In this document: piece by piece, positions 59,179-64,000 of the stretch | How positions within the stretch are numbered: the stretch's first letter is position 1 | How the letters are laid out: each line of letters starts with the position of its first letter | DNA from: Octopus vulgaris | Lineage: Eukaryota | NCBI GenBank assembly: GCA_951406725.2 | Contig: OX597838.1 | Span: 32,116,001 to 32,180,000 of the forward strand | Direction: 5' to 3' | DNA length: 64,000 bases | Position numbers and translations under genes: made by a program | The notes under the pieces: model-generated | What the model was told of the DNA's origin: nothing | The model's input: the letters and a program-made list of their open reading frames with translations, nothing else | Database searches by the model: none

Positions 59179-62100
59179 CTACACACACATAGGCGCATGA
59201 GTGGCTGTGTGGTAAGTAGCTTGCTAACCAACCACATGGTTCCAGGTTCAGTCCCACTGCATGGCATCTTCGGCAAGTGTCTTCTGCTATAGCCTCGGGC
59301 CAACCAAAGCCTTGTGAGTGGATTTGTTAGACGGAAACTGAAAGAAGCCTGTTGTATATATGTATGCATATATATGTATGTGTGTGTATGTGTTTGTGTG
59401 TCTGTGTTTGTCCCCCTAGCATTGCTTGACAACTGATGCTGGTGTGTTTACGTCCCCGTCACTTTGCGGTTCGGCAAAAGAAACCGATAGAATAAGTACT
59501 GGGCTTACAATGAATAAGTCCCGGGGTCGAATTGCTCGACTAAAGGCGGTGCTCCAGCATGGGCACATTCAAATGACTGAACAAGTAAAAAGAGAGAAAG
59601 ACATTCCCCCCCCTGGTGAAGAGGATTGGCTTGCAAGAGTCCTGTGCTGGTGCCACATAAAAGGCACTCGTGCCAGTGTCCCATACCATCGCTCATGGCA
59701 CATTAAAAGTAAGCAGCACACACTTGGCATTAGGAAGGGCATCCAGCCATAGAAACCAAACTAAATCAGACTGGAGCCTTGTGCAGCTTTCCAGTTCTGG
59801 TCAAACTGCCCAACCCATCCATGCCAGCAAGGAAAATGGACGTTAAAGGGTGATGATGATGATGATGATGATTTACGGGAAGACAGTGAGTACAAATAAA
59901 TAAATAAATAAAAACAAAAACGAGTTTGAGTGTTTTGTTTTTTGCTTACCTGTTTGGTTATAAATGTCCAACAACAGATGCATTGCAAGAAGAAGGTAGG
60001 TGTCTGCGTACTGAATATCAGTGGCAAGAAGATCTTTACCTGTCATTCGACGAGAAGAAAAACAAACACAAAGGTAAGATGTTATTTAAGAATCACACAC
60101 AAAAAAAAAAACAAAAAAAAACACAAAAGAAAAAACAAGAAAGAAAAAAGGCTAAAGCTCCTTCCTGCCTCCCAGAGTCATACAGACCCATACATGTGGG
60201 GGCTATTTCCCTAGATTTAGTGGTGTATACACTCCCCACTGTAAAAGTGAATGGCCAAGTGGTTAGGGCCATTGCACCCATCATTGTTAGATGGGGCGGG
60301 GCAGGGGGTTCGATTCCTGGACCAGGCAGGGCATTTTTTTGATTTTTGATTTGATTTTTGATTTTTCCAGTTTCAGCTTATGAGCTGTGGCCATGCTGGG
60401 GCACCGCCATTGTGTTCTTGAGCAAAACACTTCATTTCATGTTGCTGCTGCAGTCCACTCAGCTGTAGAAGTGGGTACCACTGTGACAGAATAACCAGCT
60501 GGCCGGAGGGAGGGGGGACCCGACAACGATGATGATGGCTTGCTTGCTTGCCCAGCCAGCAGGGTGGCAATCATTTGAAAGCTAAAATGATGCAAAGCGC
60601 ATTGTGATCAGCAATGTGTAACATCCAATAGTCTGGTCAATCATGTGATACACTCCCTGCTGGATAGGATGCCAGTCCCTTGCAGGGTTACTCACTTTTG
60701 CCAACTGAGTGAACTGGACCAACAAGAACACACCACACCACCCAGTCCAGGAATCGAACCCAGGATCTTACAACCATGAGCCCAACACCCTAACCACCAA
60801 GCCACCTGTCTCCTCTACCAAAGATACAAAGTAAATCACCATCATTGTTGTTGCTGTTGTGGTGGTTGTTCTTCCTGGGGTTGGATGGGGACTTTTCCAA
60901 GGGAGTGTTTTATGACCAAGCTGTTCTCCCTAAACCGAACGCCTTTTGTAGCTATTCACAACATGCAAGGATGCAAGGTACTGATTCTGAAACTAACAAA
61001 CAAAATACTTAAACCATTAGCACTCAAACTGGCTACAGCTGGCCGTTAGCATAATCTGTATATACCTAGGTATATTCAGGGTGCGGTGAATAAACTGTCA
61101 TCTAAATTACGCAAAAACGAAAAATAACACTGACATCTCATTTTAAGAGATATATTTACCAAAGTTACATAAAAATATTTTGAAATACTAAAGAGTAAAT
61201 TTATTCAATAAAATCACCATTGGCTTCAACCACGGCCTCTTTAGTATTTCTGTCTACCAAATCCACTCAGAATGCTTTGTTTGGCTTGAGATTGTAGAAG
61301 GCACTTGCACAAGATGTCACGCAGTGAGACTGAACCCGGAACCTTGTGATTGAGAAGCAAGTGTCTTTCTACACAGCTTGCACCTTTATATATATATATA
61401 AGTTCAGCAAAATTTAGATTCAAATGAATATGCACCAGAATTCTGTATGGTGTTATCCATATAAATCCATGGGGTGATTATAATCAAAATAAGCAACAAG
61501 AATAACTCGGTAATTTGGTACGATCGTTTCGCACTACATCATTTTATTAAATGTTGTAAGTATTACAACAGTTTTAAAATGCTGAACACTCCATTAATAC
61601 ATAATTTTCATATCAATTATGAAAATTATGTATTAATGGAAAACCTCTATTAATGGCTGATGAGTGCTCAGCATTTTAAAACTGTTGTAATACTTACAAC
61701 ATTTAATAAAATGATGTAGTGCAAAACGATCGTACCAAATTACCGGAGTTATTCTTGTTGCTTATTTTGATTATAATCACCCCATGGATTTATATGGATA
61801 ACACCATACAGAATTCTGGTGCATATTCATTTGAATCTAAATTTGGTACGATCGTTTCGCACTACATCATTTTATTAAATGTTGTAAGTATTACAACAGT
61901 TTTAAAATGTTGAACACTCCATTAATACATAATTTTCATATCAATTATGAAAATTATGTATTAATGGAAAACCTCTATTAATGGCTGATGAGTGCTCAGC
62001 ATTTTAAAACTGTTGTAATACTTACAACATTTAATAAAATGATGTAGTGCAAAACGATCGTACCAAATTACCGGAGTTATTCTTGTTGCTTATTTTGATT

Positions 62101-62517
62101 ATATATATATATATAGGCGCAGGAGTGGCTGTGTGCTAAGTAGCTTGCTAACCAACCACATGGTTCCGGGTTCAGTCCCACTGCGTGGCATCTTGGGCAA
62201 GTGTCTTCTGCTATAGCCCCGGGCCGACCAATGCCTTGTGAGTAGATTTGGTAGACGGAAACTGAAAGAAGCCTGTCGTATATATGTATATATTTATATA
62301 TGTATGTGTGTGTGTGTCTGTGTTTGTCCCCCTAGCATCGCTTGACAACCGATGCTGGTGTGTTTACGTCCCCGTCACTTAGCGGTTCGGCAAAAGAGAC
62401 TGATAGAATACGGACTGGGCTTACAAAGAATAAGTCCCAGGGTCGATTTGCTCGACTAAAGGCGGTGCTCCAGCATGGCCGCAGTCAAATGACTGAAACA
62501 AGTAAAAGAGTAAAAGA

Positions 62518-62552
<35 letters not shown>

Positions 62553-63952
62553 TTAGCTGTCACTTGTGAGTGAGTGCAACTTGGTAGCTTGTACCAAGGT
62601 TTTGTTACTTGCTTTTGGTGCCTTCGTCTGCTTGACTGTGCAGCTGCTGAAGGCTGAGTGATGTCTGGAGTGTGAGTGCAAGAACAATATTGTAGAGTTG
62701 AGTGTGAGTGCAAGAACAATATTGTAGAGTTGAGTGTAGCTGTAAGTTGAGCCAACTCCCAAGTGTGAGTATACCAGTTGATTTCAAACAGGAAAATGAG
62801 TGAAAGTCACTGTCTGTAGTGATGAGGATGGCATCAAGAGGATTGAAAAGTTGTACATAACCAAAGAACATATATGAATGAGAGGTGGAAAGTGAGTGTG
62901 AGTGATGACATGAGTGGGCATGAAAATCGTTACTCACCGAGTGTGAGACCATGTTTATAAAATTTGAGGAGATCTTTCACCTGTGACATCCTGTCTTCGG
63001 TCGGCATGTGTTCATAGTTACCTAGACTCCGCTCTAGACGTAGACAGGTCATATGTTGTTGCATTGCTTTCACCTGAAGAGAGAGAGAGAGAGAAAGAGA
63101 GAGACATTAAGTCAGACAGACAAGATAAACAACAGAGAGATTAGAAGAAGAGCTAGACAGAAAGAGATAAGACAGGTAGAGATTAGAGAGGGAGATGAAT
63201 TATATTAGAGAGATAAACAGGTAGATTAATACTAGATTAGACAGAGAGACATAGAGAAACACAAATAGGTGGACACACAAATTATATTGAACAAAAATAA
63301 ATAGAATTTGAGTTCTCCGTAGTAGTGGTGGTGGAGATAGAGGGGATACAGTAAAGAGTGTTGATGTTGTTGTTTAGTTATGGGTCAACCATGACTAAAT
63401 GGACCAATGATCAAACATATTCCATCCATGACTATCCCATCTTTTCCTTCTTGTACGGGGAACATAGGACATTATCATCTAAAGTGTGCTTTTTCTAAGA
63501 TGGTGATTTGTGTGTGTTGGGGGTTTGACTGCTACTTCTAGTGGATCAATCAACCCTTTAGAGATTCCCCTGCTGGGTAAAAATCACGGACATAATGAAG
63601 GGGACAAAACAATAAAAAAAAAGTTGTAGGGTGTGTTAGAAGGGGGGAGGAAGGCAGATGCAAGTGTATTGTAATATAAGGGTATAGTGACCCTTTGGTA
63701 ACCTTATACATGTGTCAGATCCCTGACGCATGGCCCCTTCTTTATAGATTCTTACATAATGTCCACTACATACCCTAACACATTGTTCACATTTACAGTG
63801 CTCCCCCTACATATTGCATGTCCCCCTTACACACACACACAAAACTTCTCCCCCACCACCACCGTTCCTCCCTAAATACTTACAGTTTGAGGAAATTCCT
63901 GTGAGTTATCACCCATGTTTAAACGTAAATCTTCGTTGATTGAAGTCAAAAA
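37036..63952 (-). CDS. NAA25: N-alpha-acetyltransferase 25, NatB auxiliary subunit; last 18 coding exons (590 aa), 5' part outside the window
   Basis: 18 GT-AG exons with consistent phase (1773 nt). Peptides such as LEKGLKNSPSNFQIKLLLIRLY, AKHIINDTLGY, EYLIPSYKYGTFIKIHEFVQFRERLQNSLQY, DLQDNRD...WDP and LLENLVLLAET are colinear with recalled human NAA25. Confidence 0.93.
37619..38075. mobile_element. piggyBac-like MITE interrupted by an RTE-tail repeat (37670-37900)
   Basis: ttaaccatttagcattt ... aatgccaaagagttaa ends; related copies at 23892-24027 and 52984-53205. Confidence 0.65.
38315..38464 (-). CDS. NAA25: NAA25 exon (PKTFENFNNL...SISSEE)
   Basis: ttgcag| ... GAG|gtgagt; 150 nt. Confidence 0.9.
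38548..38775 (+). mobile_element. SINE family C
   Basis: Copy of 49151-49380. Confidence 0.8.
39939..40049 (-). CDS. NAA25: NAA25 exon (TISHITIL...KKNKKKKELNIPQ)
   Basis: 111 nt; contains the conserved poly-Lys stretch. Confidence 0.9.
40201..40981. repeat. 39-bp minisatellite, ~20 copies
   Basis: Unit ccctggtccctggcccaaaccttcggctcacctataatg. Confidence 0.95.
41676..41773 (-). CDS. NAA25: NAA25 exon (GLVSKHKC...LLENLVLLAE)
   Basis: ccacag| ... GAG|gtgagt; 98 nt. Confidence 0.9.
41868..41927 (-). CDS. NAA25: NAA25 exon (DKADEEEEKRIQTTVVSLVD)
   Basis: ttccag| ... G|gtaac; 60 nt. Confidence 0.85.
42041..42420 (+). mobile_element. SINE family D
   Basis: Head nearly identical to 13766-13940. 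Confidence 0.75.
42585..43085 (+). mobile_element. SINE family B with an internal duplication
   Basis: Same family as 16091-16500. Confidence 0.8.
43440..43666 (+). mobile_element. SINE family C
   Basis: ggcgagctggcagaatcgttag ... gggtagtaaagaaat. Confidence 0.8.
44030..44153 (-). CDS. NAA25: NAA25 exon (YTIHGPYPTRISSY...ENGF)
   Basis: ttccag| ... G|gtaagt; 124 nt. Confidence 0.9.
44380..44805 (-). mobile_element. SINE family B
   Basis: Young reverse-oriented copy. Confidence 0.85.
44808..45743 (+). mobile_element. Rearranged Tc1/mariner-superfamily element with long inverted ends; RTE-tail insertion at 45157-45312
   Basis: Decayed transposase peptides GPFFFEGNTVTG..YLNML, FQQDG, FLNEKVPQRWIG, WPARSPDLT; both ends share gcaatagaaaactccag..tcacaatca.cttttatttcctgtct in inverted orientation. 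Confidence 0.75.
46942..47148 (-). CDS. NAA25: NAA25 exon (KAWLKLHSYLLRTL...YKLPIK)
   Basis: ttacag| ... AAG|gtaagc; 207 nt. Confidence 0.9.
47160..47490. repeat. (AATGAGTGGGTGAGAGAGAG..)n tandem repeat next to an NAA25 acceptor
   Basis: About 12 variable-length units. Confidence 0.85.
47916..47958 (-). CDS. NAA25: NAA25 exon (QTLKELQERSFMEE)
   Basis: cttcag| ... GAG|gtaagg; 43 nt. Confidence 0.88.
49151..49380 (+). mobile_element. SINE family C
   Basis: Well-preserved copy. Confidence 0.85.
49633..49708 (-). CDS. NAA25: NAA25 exon (DRTKGEKDLQDNRDFTLLSNWDPPD)
   Basis: ttccag| ... GG|gtgagt; 76 nt; DNRD...WDP motif. Confidence 0.92.
50702..51100 (+). mobile_element. SINE family B (an opposite-orientation copy lies at 49920-50256)
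   Basis: Same family as 16091-16500. Confidence 0.8.
51527..51579 (-). CDS. NAA25: NAA25 exon (HNSTEMMLTNMAIDPDV)
   Basis: ttccag| ... G|gtgagt; 53 nt. Confidence 0.85.
52573..52676 (-). CDS. NAA25: NAA25 exon (IHEFVQFRERLQNSLQY...LDLVLETC)
   Basis: ccccag| ... AA|gtcagt; 104 nt. Confidence 0.93.
54117..54164 (-). CDS. NAA25: NAA25 exon (ITEYLIPSYKYGTFIK)
   Basis: cttcag| ... AAG|gtaggt; 48 nt. Confidence 0.93.
54440..54820 (+). mobile_element. SINE family B
   Basis: Same family as 16091-16500. Confidence 0.85.
55201..55892 (-). mobile_element. RTE-tail repeat with a 68-bp internal minisatellite (~8 copies)
   Basis: Units start at 55365, 55433, 55501, ... 55841. Confidence 0.9.
56027..56126 (-). 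CDS. NAA25: NAA25 exon (YVVANHVNRLGHF...LRFFSVNHKE)
   Basis: ttccag| ... GAG|gtaaga; 100 nt. Confidence 0.92.
57334..57403 (-). CDS. NAA25: NAA25 exon (GAFGPCTDIYDSMEAKHIINDTLG)
   Basis: ttatag| ... GG|gtgagt; 70 nt. Confidence 0.93.
57941..58051 (-). CDS. NAA25: NAA25 exon (GDTGVLWQ...SPSNFQIKLLLIRLYCTV)
   Basis: gtccag| ... G|gtaagt; 111 nt. Confidence 0.93.
59190..59595 (+). mobile_element. SINE family B
   Basis: Same family as 16091-16500. Confidence 0.85.
59950..60039 (-). CDS. NAA25: NAA25 exon (GKDLLATDIQYADTYLLLAMHLLLDIYNQT)
   Basis: gacag| ... G|gtaagc; 90 nt. Confidence 0.92.
61410..62100. repeat. Large nested palindrome plus tandem duplication of its core, with decayed hammerhead motifs
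   Basis: 61410-61844 is a near-perfect inverted repeat (~180 bp arms); its inner part is repeated at ~61840-62100. Confidence 0.9.
62115..62517 (+). mobile_element. SINE family B
   Basis: Same family as 16091-16500. Confidence 0.85.
62938..63073 (-). CDS. NAA25: NAA25 exon (VKAMQQHMTCLRLERSLG...YKHGLTL)
   Basis: cttcag| ... G|gtgagt; 136 nt. Confidence 0.92.
63884..63952 (-). CDS. NAA25: NAA25 exon (FLTSINEDLRLNMGDNSQEFPQT)
   Basis: tttcag| ... ACT|gtaagt; 69 nt; phase fits the next exon. Confidence 0.8.
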
Positions 63953-64000
63953 CTGAAAGTGAGGAGAGAAGAAATAAAAACAAAGATGAAACAAACATCA

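Overview
Eukaryotic, AT- and microsatellite-rich genomic DNA. The SINE/LINE repertoire and intron style suggest an octopus or other coleoid cephalopod; this is inferred, not proven. Two spliced genes are reconstructed by hand from splice sites and codon phase. (1) A complete 8-exon spermidine-synthase-family aminopropyltransferase on + (14747-34287, 289 aa). It keeps the dcSAM-binding and catalytic residues but has a remodelled amine-acceptor pocket. (2) The last 18 coding exons (590 aa) of NAA25, the NatB auxiliary subunit, on - (63952-37036), converging tail-to-tail with the first gene. The rest comprises tRNA-derived SINEs, RTE and CR1 LINE remnants, mariner/Tc1, piggyBac-like MITEs, Helitron/Helentron-type elements, a 5S rRNA pseudogene, a 5.3 kb alternating purine-pyrimidine satellite and several foldback palindromes. 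Several foldback or Penelope-like repeats carry hammerhead-ribozyme motifs, including a G3:C8 core-swap variant, a U4C variant and one with a non-standard strand order. Most entries in the ORF track are microsatellite or SINE artefacts. Exon coordinates were counted by hand; repeat boundaries are approximate; homologue comparisons are from recalled sequences, not database searches.
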